Shown one piece after another: positions 39,713-53,923 of a stretch of 64,000 bases of DNA; the first letter of the stretch is position 1; each line of letters begins with the position of its first letter. The stretch lies in assembly GCF_001194135.2 (NCBI RefSeq), contig NC_068989.1, positions 95,553,137-95,617,136 on the forward strand. Reading direction: 5' to 3'. The position numbers and the translations under genes were made by a program. Source of the stretch: Octopus bimaculoides. Taxonomy: Eukaryota. A model generated the notes under the pieces. The model made no database searches. It saw nothing but the letters and a program-made list of their open reading frames with translations, and was not told where the DNA came from.

Positions 39713-42700
39713 CTGAATAAAATTTATATTAATGGATATATCCTTTTAGACAATTTCCAGAAAATTTATTTGAAATATGCTTTTGTTGTTTAATTTATCT
39801 TGAAAAAAGTAATTTTCTATAGTAAGGGAGGAAAGAAAAGAAGATCATATAGTTACAGGAGATAATAAAAGCTACACAATGCAAAAATGGAGAAAAGCAA
39901 CTTTTATTCAAGATTCCAGCTTGAACAAACCCTAATCTTGAATTGAAAATTTTGAAATGAGACGTAAACTGTAAATGTTGCCAGAATTCTTATGACATGT
40001 ACATAAGAATTCTTATGACAAGAACATAAGAGATAAATTGCATAGCATGTGTGATTGAGTTGTGATATTCAAATCATGCATCAGATTGTTGAAAAGCTCA
40101 TGGTGATTGTTAATCTATTGTTGCAAATATCAAGATGCCAATGTTTCTATGGAAGGCCTTGATATAAACTGTAATATCTGTATTCTGGTAGTTGTCAAAA
40201 TACCTTCTGACAAACTCTCATGTTCATATGTTCTTCAATATGTAATGGTTGGATGCTACTGTTAATGCAAAATGTTACAATTTATTCATTCAATAAAGGA
40301 TTCTACACAATAAACTCAAATGCATTTGTCTGGCCATTTGCCACTGAGTATAAACTAACAGGATCAAAAGATTGGGGGGGGGGGACAAATAGCTTGCTAA
40401 AGAAGGTCCCAAATAGTAAAGAATCATGTACAGTGCATCTTTCCTTATGATGGATCAAACCATATTGGTGATAAATTCCTTCAAGTGTGAGTTCTTGATT
40501 TTTTTTTTTGTTCTGCTAATCTGTTATGGCCTTATCCTAATGAAGGCATTGCAATAATCATTTCAGGATCTCAGGATGTTATAAGAACTTCTTAGTGTTG
40601 ATAATATTTTTTTACAGTTTAGTCAGAGAAGGAAGAACAGGCACCCTCATTCAGTATTCTCGGGACGGCCTTTGAGATTTGTTGGGGAAAATGAAGGAAG
40701 AAACCACAACTCATATGTTATTTTCTGACCAGAAATCTGGTCTGAATATTTGCAATTCAGTGAACTTTGCCAAGTGTGTCCAAGGACCAAGTGATGGTGT
40801 TGAAGTGAGCAACAGATTCCAAGATAGCTCAACTGCACTAACTTTAATTTTGATATTATTGCTCTTGTTTAGCATCAGTTGGAAACAGTTGTTTGAAATA
40901 GATTATCAAACCTTCAGAAGAAAACTTTCAGAAGAGGTTTGTGAATTATCAATCATTTATAGATAGAAATCTCAGAGTGAATGCAATCTCAAAACTGCAC
41001 ACTCAAATGTCTTAATGGTATTTTGCACTTGTTTGTAATGACACTAGAAAGATAATATCATCCATGTATCTCCAAACAAGGTAGAAGTAGCTTATACTAA
41101 ACATTGGCACTCCAAATCTGATACGTTCATAAATGTGGTGACCAGTAACCCTGATGAGCTAGAAAAATCCATCAGTAATTCAACAACCAATTCAGTTTGC
41201 AGAAAATCTGATGTTATATGACACTGGCTCAACATCAAGTCACCAATGATGATTTGAGCATTTAGCGAATAAAATGATGTGTTTAGTAAGACATTCTGAA
41301 TATGTGACACATAATTATGAAATAAGTTTTCTTAAACCAACTGTGCAGCAATACAAATATATGATGTATACTTTTATTAAGAAACTACTGAAAAATGAAT
41401 GTAAAGAACAGCAATGCATAGAGGAAGATATTTACATTTTGGATATGGTATTTATGTGAAACTTTAGAATATTAGACCACACACGTTCCATGAAATAGAA
41501 TTGGAATGCAAGCTCATCATTTCTCTCAGAAAAAATAGGCATTAAACTGACAAGGAGGATAATTTAATTACAAGAAAACACAGCACAATTAAAAAGGAAC
41601 AATGTAAATGAATGAAAAAAAAAAAGAAGTTAGAATGCAATAAAATGTTCAAGTTAATTTTAACATGCTACAGGAAATAATCAGCAAAAGTTATGGAATA
41701 TTACTTTTTAAAGTTTTACTAATTAGTTCTTCATCATTTTTTCTGAATGTATTCTTGCTCATTTTTTAAAAACATTACAAAGATGTGTAATGGTTTTGTT
41801 TGATAATTAGGAATAAGAAAATTCAGCTCAATTTCCTTTCCTAATTCCTTCCCAATACAACACAATTTGCACTTTGCTGAACCCTTTATTTGTTTCCCAT
41901 ACAAATAAAGTTCTATCTAATTCTTGAAGTTTATAATAGTCTGAAAAAGCAACCTGACCTATAACATTTACATTATAATAAAAAAAAAAAAAGAAGTGTA
42001 GGAGTGTGCATTTAAATCTGGAATAAAATATTTTTTTCTAAAATCACAAAGTAAATCTAAATGTCAAGCTAAAAGGATATATCTGATCATGTTTGCAAGC
42101 ATAAAGACGAGATAGAAACTTTAAACAAATCATCAGCAATGACCTACTAACTTGATCTATGACAAAGTGATGTACAAAGATAAAAAATAATACCCAAGAA
42201 GAAAAACAGATTGGATTAAATTATTCTGAAGAGAAGATGTATCATGAACTCTCCTTTGTTAGCAGAAAAGTAATGCTACTCTGCAAAGACTAAATATTTT
42301 ATCTTTTACATCTATGAATAAACAGTATTCTTAATGTTGTAGAACAGAAACTCTGCTATTAGAGACAGGATAATAGAAAGTGTAGTCCCCAGTTAATAAA
42401 TGGGTTAAAAATGATTTTGAGGCAGTAATGCCTCCTTCATCACCCTTTGGTGCCTATTTTAGAAGGTTTTTTTTTTCTTTTTATCAAGTCACAATTGTTT
42501 TGTTTTTAAGGGGAATGTATATATATCGGTGCAGCAATTTGATGCACTACTTAATTACCTCTACTCTCCCAATAATACTAATTCATACAAAGAAACGTTT
42601 CTCGAAGAATGGATTTCATATCCCAAACGCATTACGAATACTATGCAGGGTAAAAAGAAAGAGACCAGATGTCATCCTTGAACATTGACATTTCTATATC

Positions 42701-43659
42701 AAATGAAATGCTCGTTATCTTTGAATTGATCATGCATTATCTTGCAGCTTCTAGACTTTGATGATATGATTGTTTATTCTTAGATTAACATTGCAGGGTA
42801 AACATGAGGAGGGTTGGATGAGGTCCGTTGGTGAACTGAAATACTATAGAGCTACTCCTGCTAACCTACAACTCCAAAGAAAGGAAAACAGGGAGTGGCA
42901 GATTACTAAAGGAACTGAATCCAAAGTAACAGATAATTTCACCCAGCATGAACTGATCACATCACTCATCAAAATTATAATACTTGTTACAAATACAACC
43001 ATAATATAAACTTTGATTTTGAGACAATCAGAAATGAAAGATGGGAAATTCAGATAATTTCCAAGAGTATTACTAACCTAAATTAACTGAAACAGTCGGA
43101 AGGACATTTTTTTCCATCTGTCTGCTTATAAATACATTCTTAAAAAAATGTAAATGTCACAACTTTTCATTAAAATTATGGATGAAAGGAGCAACAATAA
43201 GAACAATATTATAATGATGATTGTTTTTAAAGCTGTGGTTATCAGAATCAGTGGCACATATCATAAAATGGCCAGAATGTTTTGCTACACCTCAGTATAT
43301 TATGATATGGAAGCATGTCAAACCATCTACAAGCCTGTATAAAATAATTATGAGTAAGCATGGCCGCAGCTCTCAGCCGAAACTATCAAAAAAAAAAAAA
43401 ATTTTAATAAAATTAAAAAAAAAATATGATTCAAATAAAAATCCTTGCTAAAAATTTTGCAGCAATACTCAGAAATCATTATTATTAATTAGACAGAAAG
43501 TAACAGAAATGGTAGAAGTTTGTTCCTATACATTCTGAGTTCAAATCCCAGTGGAGACAACTTAACCTTTCATCATTCATGGAGTCAATCACATTAGAAC
43601 CGTCTAGTAAGTACTTAGATCAACATTGTTGAAAATATGCATTCTTTTATCAACATTCA

Positions 43660-44030
43660 GGCCTGTGCTTATACTCTTTTTGTGTTAGCTTACTGCATTC
43701 ACTCAAGAGATGATTAGTACGCTTTTGCCTCCTTTTCCACAAATTCAGCGTTTGTTGTATGACTGGGTTTTATCGAACTTTGCTTTTCATCAAATTTGTC
43801 CTAATGGTTTCTTTCTGATTAATCATTTAGTTTCTGTGTTTCAGATTTCTATCTGCTAGTCATAACCAATGTGCTTTACTTCCAATATCTTTGATTTATT
43901 GTGTTAACTTGTCATGTAAATCCATTTCTTTTCATCTGCTTGTTCTATTGTTCTTCCTTTGGTTTATACATTTTCCGATTGTTTTTGGAACTTTTTGAGT
44001 TTTTCTAGCTGCAGACAGTATTCTTTCCTC
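43660..44030 (-). mobile_element. R4/Dong-like REL non-LTR retrotransposon fragment, decayed
   Basis: Minus strand gives ...ETIRTN..K.K... and NHLLSECSKLTQK, resembling the R4/Dong CCHC region QAIRTNYIKAKID...NHILSECSKLAQKEYK. Confidence 0.65.
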
Positions 44031-45494
44031 ACTATACAAAGCAGAGTTTTGGCAAACTTAATATTGCAGTACTGATGGGTGTCTTCTGCTTCCTTCCTTT
44101 CACAGAACCATAAAACATTGTTGACGTTACTTTTAAATTGGTGCCCGTTTGTGCATTGTGAGCAACCTCTTAGTCTCTTTTTTTTTGTTCAGTTTTGTCT
44201 TTGTCTGTTTCAGAAAAGGAGCAACAGTAGTATTGTCATCCCTGCTGCTGCCATTGTCATCAACATTCATGATCAGGATAAAGTATATGAAATATTACCA
44301 CCTTCAGAAACTGTTACTGTAAGGAATCCACAACACAAGTCTTAATTCTAAGCTTCACCTTTCATTCCTTCTCCTGCAGCTAATACATAGCAACTAAGAG
44401 ATGCTTATTATCATTATAATTATTAATAATATAAATCCTATTCTATTAAATCTTGCATCAAAACTATAATTATTAACCAATTATTTATGTTTCCATAATA
44501 TTATACATGAGACTCAACTCCTTAGATAATGTGAATATTGATTCTCAGACATCTTGAAAAGTAATCTAGTCTAGAAATTAGTGATAATTAACCCTTAAGT
44601 TGACTGATGTAAAACATGTTCTAGTTTATGGTTTAAATATTTCATTTCGTAGCTTGTTTCACCATAACCACTCTTTTTCTATATTCAAGTAAAGTACCAG
44701 GGCAATGTTAGGTTAAATATTAATGTATTGATAATTTTTGCATAATTAATACAATTTCTGTTTGAATCACAACACAGATTGTCATGTTATATATAATCAA
44801 GATCTTTATACTAAAACTGCCTTTTCTAAATTAATTTTTTCATAATCAAAATTAGCCCTTTATTTTTCTCATTTAAAAAGTTTTATTTCATAAAGACAAG
44901 AAGAGGGAGGCTAACTTAAGTAAAACACACTTTAATTGGTGGAAACAGAAATAATTGTATTCTTTTCATTTCAATAATTTCCCTTTTGTTCCTTTTATTT
45001 TATAGTTAATTGATGTAAGTTTTATGAAGTGAAATGGATAGATTTATAAATTTGAATAGTCTTCTATAAACAATGTTGAACATCAGTTCAGCAATAAATA
45101 ATAGCTCAGGCTACCAGTGGTGCTTCAACCATGCATTTACTGTAGCCTAGGCAATCACGATACCATTTAAACTAAACAAGCTTTCCAGTTTTCATCTTCT
45201 ACATAAGATGCTTTAATCATACAACACTTTGTATTATGAGCTATACTTTATAGCTGAAGTAGCATTTGCAGAAAACGAACTGGGAGATTATTGCTTCATT
45301 TGAAAACAGGTGGGGTTTGACATTAGGAAGGATGTCTGACCTTGGAAAATTCTGCCCCAACATACTAACATCTGCCCCATGCAAGCATGGAAAAGTAAGC
45401 ATTAAATCGTTAATGTTGATACTAATTCAATGACTTCTGATTGCAGACAGCTCAATCTTAAAATAAATCCTCATCACCATCATCATTGCTTTAG

Positions 45495-45805
45495 TGTTGC
45501 CTTTTCCACGTTGCCAGTGCCGGATTTTCGAGCGAGATCGTTGCCAGTGCCCCTGGACTGGCTTGTGCGGGTGGCACATAAAAGACACCATTTCGAGCGT
45601 GGCCGTTTTCGTGCGGGTGACACGTAAAAGCACCCACTACACTCTCTGAGTGGTTGGCGTTAGGAAGGGCATCCAGCTGTAGAAACTCTGCCAAATCAGA
45701 CTGGAGCCTGGTGTTGCCATCCGGTTTCACCAGTCCTCAGTCAAATCGTCCAACCCATGCTAGCATGGAAAGCGGACGTTAAACGATGATGATGATGATG
45801 ATGAT
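45495..45805 (+). repeat. Young (ATG)n-tailed SINE-like element
   Basis: Ends aaacg(atg)x7; identical by eye to the 28.3 kb copy over about 270 bp. Confidence 0.9.
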
Positions 45806-48800
45806 CAGGCAAAATTTGTAGAGGCAAATTTGTTTTACCATGTGGTTGGTAAGTAAACGTCTTACCACTCAGTCATACCAGCACCTTTAAAGGTTATGTT
45901 TTCAATAAAGTATACTTCTTTTAAAAATGCAAATACCTTAAAGATGTTGTGATTTAATGATCCATTAGTTCAACAATCCACCCCTTTGATATCTCAGTAA
46001 ATGCACTGCCAATGGTTCTAAAGAAATTATATATATATTACACCTGAAATTAGTTCTTGGAAAATTATGATAATGACAATCATGCAAAATAGTAATTTGA
46101 AGATTTAGCAGCTCTCTAATATCCTGCTGGGGATTTGAAGAGTATTATTATTTGATATTGAAAGGAAGTTCTTTAAAAGGTTTCTAAAAGCGGTTATAAA
46201 TGAATCAATAAATAAAACTTTTCCACATCACGTTCACTTGGAAACAGCAAAAACTTAATGTAAATCTGCATTCAATGTGTCGAGTGATGAAAAGTAAGGG
46301 AAAAAAAAAACAAAAACATTATTTTAGGACAGACAGGCAGGGGGTGGGGGAGGAAATTTAGTATTTTTTATGCTTACAAACTTCTTTTCCTTACCAATTA
46401 CATGCAATGAAGTGTGAAGATGGAAGCAAGACTAAATCAAATCAAAGAAGATAGAAAGAAATCATGCAAAAGACAATTTATTGGTTAGAACATAGGGAAA
46501 ATGCTTTCCTCAGCCAGTCTTTCCTGGAAAAAAAATGCTAAGTAAAATGCTTATGTTCAGTAAAATAATACATCTTGTAAATGCATGGCTCAATGAGTTA
46601 GTGAGTTGGTAATGAAAGCAGAGCAAAGGGAGTCGATAATGTCATGAGACTCTCTCTATAGTACCAGTGTTTGATGGCAGCTACTAAAGTAAATGAAAGC
46701 AAAAATATAGACACACAAAACAAAATATACATAGGAGTTCAGTTAGAATCCTTATTCTTTATGCTAACAAAATGAAATTTATCAAGATAAGACTCATCTG
46801 GGACAATAGTGCATTATATTTGCAATGCAAATATTGATTCTTACATAAGTATGAAACTTGAAAAGTAAGTAACAGGAAGTTGGACAAGAAAAAAGATAAA
46901 AGGTACTGGGGGATTTAAATAAAATGGCTCCAGCTTGGCTTGAATCTGAGTAGCCAATTGGAGCTTAATCTAAATCTGAAGAATTTGAACCAATGAAAAT
47001 AAGAAAATCACAAAGTGTGGAATTATATAAAATTAGTAAAAACTAAGTGGCTCATTAAATTATTGTCTTCATTTTATGTGATCTTAACTATCTTTTAATT
47101 GTCAGTTATTTTTGCAAACTGAAACAACATAATTTAAGAATCTGTATTCAAACCAAGCAAAAGAAAAAAAGAATCAGTTGGGAATCCTCTAAAAGAAATG
47201 TAAATCAATGTCTAAGAGAGAAGATGTTATGATTGCACTATTTCCCACAAATATTTATTAGGTCATTTATGAATGTCTAACACTTCAGATATGATATTCC
47301 AGGGTACCAATGTCCACCTTCACATCTGTAGCTTCTTCAACAATAAATAAATAGGTTAATGCTCACAGTATAGGTAAACTATGGAGAATCAAAATGCAAA
47401 CAATTTTAAACTGTTCTTTCCACTAAAGTACACCACCACCACCACCCCTTCATCATCATCATTTAGCATGCATGTTCCTTGCTGGCATGGGTTAGATGGT
47501 TTGACAGGATCTGATTTGTCCAAAGACTGCACCAAGCTCCAATGTCTTCTGCATTGGCATTAAAGATTAACATGTAATGGAAGCAATAATGCATATTTAA
47601 TTACAAATATAATGAGCTAAAGGAAATAATTCAAAAGAAACAATGGTATGAATTTAGATAATTGAATTAAAAGGTTAGGAACAGGATGTCAATAGGCAAA
47701 AAGATCCTTAATTGAAATGTTCTTCTCATTTAGAAGGGAAAACAATGACAGCAGTTGTTATTATATAACGTGACTTAATGAAAAACAAAGATAAATTCAA
47801 GAAAATAGCAATTAATCTCTCAAAGTTTATTTACATATTTAGGGAAGGAAAAGTTTGAGCTTTGTTTGAAGGTAGCTCTGGGCGTGTTATCGGTGAACTG
47901 AACTTTATCAGCATAGTATATCGTCTAATTAGGTTTCCCAGCCAGCTGACATACATCTTTACAAAAATAGGAAAAGGTTGGTTACAATTCTGCTGATAAG
48001 GTCTGTTAGATCAGGATATGTCCATAGTTGCTCTCTTGCTAGCAAATACAGAACAGATATTCCCTAAGTACATAAATTAACTTTGAAAGATTAGTGTTCC
48101 TAATTTTCAAGATCATAAACAATTATCACAAAGTTTCTGTATTATTTCTCTGGCTAAGAGCAAAATTTCAATTAATTAAAAACCTTTTTGCATACAACAT
48201 TTAAAGCATCACCCTTTAACTTAATTATGCAAAGCTATACTTTTGATAAATTACAAAATCATAAAAGATTATAATAAAATAAACATTAAAATCTTTAAAA
48301 GTGACAACTTTGCTTGCTTTAGCTACATAAATTTTTCTCTTTTAAAGGGAACTCAACTAGAAAGTTATGAAGAATGCATTCATAAAATATTGCCAGTTAA
48401 CAAAATTAAGGTGTTATTTTTATTTAGATAAAAAAAGAAATCTGAAAATCTGTGACTCAATTAAGCTCAGAAATTACAACTTGAATGTTGTTCCATATCC
48501 AAATGGCTTTTGAAGTACAAATATTGAGAAATACTCTCAATGCTATAAGGAAAATACCTTATTTATGAATAATGTTCTTTTTACAAATGATGTACAGAGC
48601 TAGAAATAAATATAAAACTAAAGAAAAGCATAATACTTCAAGACAAATGGAATATTAGTTTGAACTAGCAGCTTTTTGGATATTAAACAACAGTTTATAT
48701 TGGTTTCTGTTAGACCAGAAAAGATATTACATAACATTTAGAAAAGTTTTCTTTATGTCAAAAATGATAAATAATGTCAAAATGTAAAAAATATAAAAAT

Positions 48801-48985
48801 AAACAATAGAGTGTGTGTATACATATATAGACATATAATAACAGGTGGGTTTGAAATACTGTCGCTCGTTATCTTTTGTCTTGTACTCAATTCCTCAGGT
48901 ATATTGTGTACTAGATTAAATCTATCCTATATTAAGTTCTCCTCACATATCTTTGTCTCATCAAATACTACTTTTCAACACTTAC

Positions 48986-49070
48986 CAAAGCTAAAACAAT
49001 AATTCGTTATATGCAGCTTGGAAACAACTGCTTCCTCAGCTTTTTTTACAACTTCTCTTCTATACTCAAA
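48986..49070 (-). CDS. Candidate exon (FEYRREVVKKAEEAVVSKLHITNYCFSF, phase 0 to 1)
   Basis: Acceptor ...gtatacag (weak pyrimidine tract), donor TG|GTAAGT, 85 nt, single open frame. Confidence 0.5.
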
Positions 49071-49619
49071 CTGTATACTTTGCAAAGATACAATTTACAT
49101 ATACACATTACAAACTCAAGTATGTCTGCAAGTGTACATGTGTGTATGTGTTTCTTTAAAAAAAAAAATCAATTATTTTCACACCCTTGCACCATCTGGA
49201 CATACATTTGGGAATTTGATAAGATTTAATCTTACTGTTTAAAACACACAAACTAAACACGTATAGCAGCCTTAAGAATTTAACTAGTTCTGTGAACCTA
49301 CTTACTTTCAATGTGCTGTGTTAAAATTTAGAACTTTTTCAATCACTGTAACTTATTTTTCTTTCACAATGGCATTTTTAAAGAAAAGCACTTGTCTCAT
49401 TTTCGTCCCTCAACCTATCACTGATTAATGGCTTTTGATGATCATGAAACATTTAAGTTGCTCAGTTGCTGTTGTTAGCAAATCCAAGATTTCTATCGGT
49501 GAATTATAGATGTATTGTAGAAAATCAGCGTCTGTTGTAGCTTTGTTTAGAAAGTTATATTCTATGCTTAAGGAGAAAAAAAAGTCCTTGAATAAATTAT
49601 CTTTTGAAGTTCAAAGTAG

Positions 49620-50720
49620 TTAGATCTCATCCATGAAACATTGTACCTCACAGACAAGATGTGCTCTGGGACATATTTCTGGCATATGCTTTGCATAACA
49701 GAGATGAAATATTCTAGTTTCACGCCAATGTCTGGTGTGGAGAGACATTTTGGCCAGTCCTGTCTGACAATCCCTGTTTGGATCGATTTCCAGTCTGCTT
49801 TGTGAAAGTTTGGATTGGAGAGACTTTAGGCGCTATACGTTTCTGGCTACTTTTGGCCCATACATAGGCAGCTCTATTATATTGTGATCTGAGATTAATG
49901 TCGGTATCACTTTCACATCATGAACGATGTCCATATTGTTTGTGAAGCAGAGATCCAAAATGTTATTTGCCCTAGTTGGTCTGAATACAACTTGCTCCAT
50001 GAATAGGGCATTGGTGAGGTTGAGCAGGGACTCCACTTGTGCTTGTTTGCAATGAGTCATTCCTGAGAGCATGAAGCCTTCAGGCCATTTGACATTGGGG
50101 AAGTTGAAATCACCCATAAGAAATATGCTCACTTGGTGCTCCAGTTTCATGAGGATTTCTTTAATTTTTGTGAGGCAGTCTTCAAACTTGCCTATGTGGT
50201 TTGGAGCATCTGGTGGGCAATATGTAGTGCATATGATTATATTGTGTTGTTTTGTGCATACAATTAGAGTGTCACATACTGAATTTGAGTATGACAGTAA
50301 GACCTGGGGTGTGAGGTCGTCACGGATGTATACAGCAACTCCACCATGGCTCCTTTCCCTTCTGTCTGTTCGCAGTATGGCATATTTGGGTACGTGTACT
50401 TCTGCATCCTCTATATCCGGGCTCAGATGAGTTTCCACGAGTGCTATGCATAGGGCTTGATTGCATGCAGCAAGGTCTCTCAAGAAAAACATTTTACTTT
50501 TGTTGTTATGATCCAAAAGGCCCCCCCAATATTCAGTAACAATATTGGCGTGACGACTGTGCAGGCATTAGGGGAGGCCATCCAGTGTAATATTAGCAGA
50601 AAACAAGATATAGACACATCCTTTAGCTTGCCCACGTTAATTTGTATATTACAGAGATTTGGGGGGAATATCTCTAAGTTTCCTTCTCCAGTATGTTTAG
50701 ATACTAACATTACTTATTAG
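49620..50720 (-). mobile_element. CR1-like LINE fragment with an apurinic-type (APE) endonuclease domain; RT absent
   Basis: The 227-aa ORF 49833-50516 has LVETHL, GGVAVYIR, GDFNFP, LDLCFTN and SDH motifs. Motif I (LLLNIGGL) lies just upstream, offset by one extra G in a homopolymer near 50521-50527. Confidence 0.9.
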
Positions 50721-51169
50721 TAACTTATGTATAAACTAAGAAACAATGTTTAAGTAGCTGTAAGCTTCTTATCTTTGGACATCATACAAGTGAAGTTAAG
50801 TAAATTTTCACATGAATTAACAAATGTTAAACCAGTTAGGTTCAAAACTTGTGTTGTGTTGCCAATAACTTGGGTATATCCCAAAGCTTCATTCCACACA
50901 GCACAATCATACATGTTTTGGAATATATATTTAGAGAGAGAGAGAGAGATTCCATTACTGTAGGAACCAGAAGGAATGCACACAAGTGTGAAAATCAGAA
51001 TAATGATGGCATGAAATCATTAGCTTCAAATGGAGAAATAAACTCTAAGAGAAGCATTGAGAATATTTTGTTTCATTCTTGTTCACCCAAATGGTGATAA
51101 CAGGGACACCCCCACCCCCACCACCACCACCACCGCACACACAGTACAAATAAGCTGTGAGGAAATCTG

Positions 51170-51443
51170 AATAATAAGAGGAATGAAATATATGTGTGTG
51201 AGAGAGAAGACTGTGGTGATATGGGAATCTGATGTGTATAGAGGATGACAAGTGTATAATGAGGGGGCCAAGCACCAAAGCAAATGGAAACTCTGAAAGA
51301 AGAGAACCAAGAAAGATTAGGGATGAAGTGGTAGAGACGAATCTCAAGATGTTACATCTCATGAAGGATATAACATAGGAGAGTGCCGAGTGGTGGCTTA
51401 GAGTGCCGAGTGGTGGCTGAGAGTGCCGAGTGGTGGCTTAGAG
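51170..51443 (+). mobile_element. RTE-like LINE 3' end with a 20-bp tandem tail (51380-51443)
   Basis: Decayed ...RxPRK.W.EVVETNLKMLHLMKDIT-type C-terminus followed by (agagtgccgagtggtggct[t/g]) x3. Confidence 0.6.
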
Positions 51444-52008
51444 GTTGCCAGTCAAGATCCAGCCACCCGTACAAGCATTGTGAAATAAGAGTTACTACAG
51501 ATAGAGGCTGTGATACATAATATATATCTCCAACTGGATTTTACTCCTTTTGTTCTTGCTAAGTCTCTCCATCTGCTGCCCACCTCATCTTTTAATCACT
51601 CCTATCTATCATGATGGGCATCATTTCACCCATCATCTTACTTCTACAACAACAATTGATGGGCTACGTTGCCTTTGGTTCTTCAACAATATGAAAATAA
51701 ATCAAAACTTGAAACTTAGATTTTCAGAGCAAGAGTAGAGTGTGGGCTGACATTATAATAGTGTCAAAATGCAGATACTACCAAAAGTCCAACGAAATAA
51801 GACTATTATAAGCAACACTCAATACAACATGGAAGAAAGGCTGGATAATCAAGCCCCGATATAACCACAACATTGCACCAATAGAAACTTAGGTTTATTA
51901 GTATCTCTTTCTCTCTCTCTCTCATATACACAAACATTATTATAAATATGTGTATGCGTGTGTGTGTGCGTGTATATCTATATCTACATATCTATATATA
52001 TATATATG

Positions 52009-53086
52009 CAGGGGTTGGACAAAATAATGGAAACACCTAGCATCATAATTTTGAAATATCTATAAAACCATCAAAAGCTTGTTTATTTTTATGTTTTTTG
52101 ATTTATTATTAGTGTTGCTTAATATGTTTTGCTAAAATTGCTGTTTCTTTTTAGATATCATCAGAAAAAGGTAATTAAAATTCATTAAAATGACAACCAA
52201 AACTTTCAGATAGGGACCGCCGGACTCTTACACGAAATGTTAGAAAGGATAAAAAAAGTACAGCTTCCAAAAAATACAGCAGAGCTTAATGACCTCAAGA
52301 ACCCAGTTTCCACAAAAACTGTTTGCCAGGAGCTGCACAAAGCCAGATTTCACAGGAGGGCTGCAATCATAAAACCACTACATTCAAAAACAAACGTTGC
52401 AAAGCGTTTAGAGTGGAGTAAAAACCTACAGAATTGGTCCCTAGAGCAGTGGAAGAATGTTATTTTCTCAGACGAGTCACCCTTTACCTTACTTCCGATC
52501 ACCAGCTGAGTATACATGTGGAGACAGTCAAAAGAAGCATTTGACCCACACTGCCTTCTTCTGACTGTTAAACATGGGGGAGGATCTGTGATAATCTGGG
52601 GAGGGCTATATCTTGGAACTCCGCTCGCCCAATGATTTCCCTTCATGGCAGAATAAATAGTCAAGACTATTTAAGCATTTTATTTGATCAAATTCATCCT
52701 ATGGTTGCGGAACTGTTTCCGGAGGGAAACGCAATCTTTCCAGATGTCAATGCACCAATTCACACAGCTAAAGTTGTTACTGAATGGCACGAGGAACATT
52801 CTAGTAAAGTTGAACATCTTATCTGGTCACCACAGTCCCCCAGATCTCAATATATTATTGAACATTTATGGTGAATTTTAGAAAAACAAATAAGGAGTCG
52901 ATACTCTACCATTATCAGTACAAGGACTGGAAATTGTTTTAGCTTAAGAATGGACAAAAATTCCTTTGGAAACAATTCAAACTTTGTACGAGTCCATACC
53001 TCGTAGAATTCAAGCTGTAACTACACCATATTAAAATAAATTTGTTTGAAATTTTAAAGTGTTTCCATTAATTTGTCCAACCCCTG
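52009..53086 (+). mobile_element. Tc1-like DNA transposon, internally deleted and decayed (1078 bp)
   Basis: 28-bp TIRs CAGGGGTTGGACAAA(A/T)TAATGGAAACAC with 1 mismatch; TA on the right flank, TG on the left. Transposase pieces: VIFSDES, GGGSV.IWG, IFPDVNAPIHTAK, WSPQSP..IEHLW. Confidence 0.95.
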
Positions 53087-53923
53087 TATATCTCCACATA
53101 TGGACATAAATAGGGAGTTATAAGAGATAAATCATGCTGAAATTTCTATTTTTGATTTTTGTTAAATTCAGCAGACTGATTCAGTCTAAAAACCTTAAAC
53201 TTCCAGGATGCTGAACTCAAAGTTAAATCCAATCCACTACAAGTTTCTTGTCAAGATTCTTCAAAAAAGGCTAGAACAGGAAATGATTTCATTTGTCTCA
53301 ACTGGCATTTCTTTTTTTACACCCTGCCAAAGAAAAGAGACTCTGCTTAATTCAATTAAATAAATTTGTTAAACAGTAAACCACTCTGTCAGAGACCAAA
53401 ATTTTATTGACATTTTTTTATGCATTCTAATATGCATCAACTCTCACCAACTAATGTACAGAGTGCTTAGTTGATGTATGGTTTTTACCAGTTCCAAATG
53501 GGGCACATTCTATATATATTTATGACAGAATTAACTGAGGATTAAATATGAAACTAGCAGTTGAAGTCTGTGGAGTCTTAGCTTCAAAATAAGTGCAATA
53601 AACTACTTCTTGTATTGTGGATGCTACTTACTTTATCTATTTTGTAAGTACAAGAATTTATTGTATTACATAGTAACAAATTTGATATCAGAATAAATAA
53701 GTTCATAATTAAAATGAACAAATGTTTAATAGCAATGAAGTGAATCACTCACTTGATAAAAGGTAGGCTGCTCTAATGATGTGCCATAAATGTGAACTTG
53801 TGACCATGGATATATTTGGATGGAGAATCCAATTTAATTTCTCTCATCTGATAAGCAGCAGGTGTGACAAGCTGCTACTATTACTAACAGGTATCCCTAA
53901 TCACTGATGGTGAGACAACATAC

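Noticed and set aside
47970-48600. Additional minus-strand exon candidates (LCTSFVKRTLFINK; GISVLYLLAREQLWTYPDLTDLISRI), and others at 41.1 and 40.2 kb
   Set aside because: They could not be placed in phase with the main chain without invoking further unseen exons, so they were left out.
51380-51443. Regularly repeated GC-rich units here and at 56330-56600 considered as a CRISPR-like array
   Set aside because: No unique spacers and no cas genes; eukaryotic context; explained as tandem repeats within retroelements.
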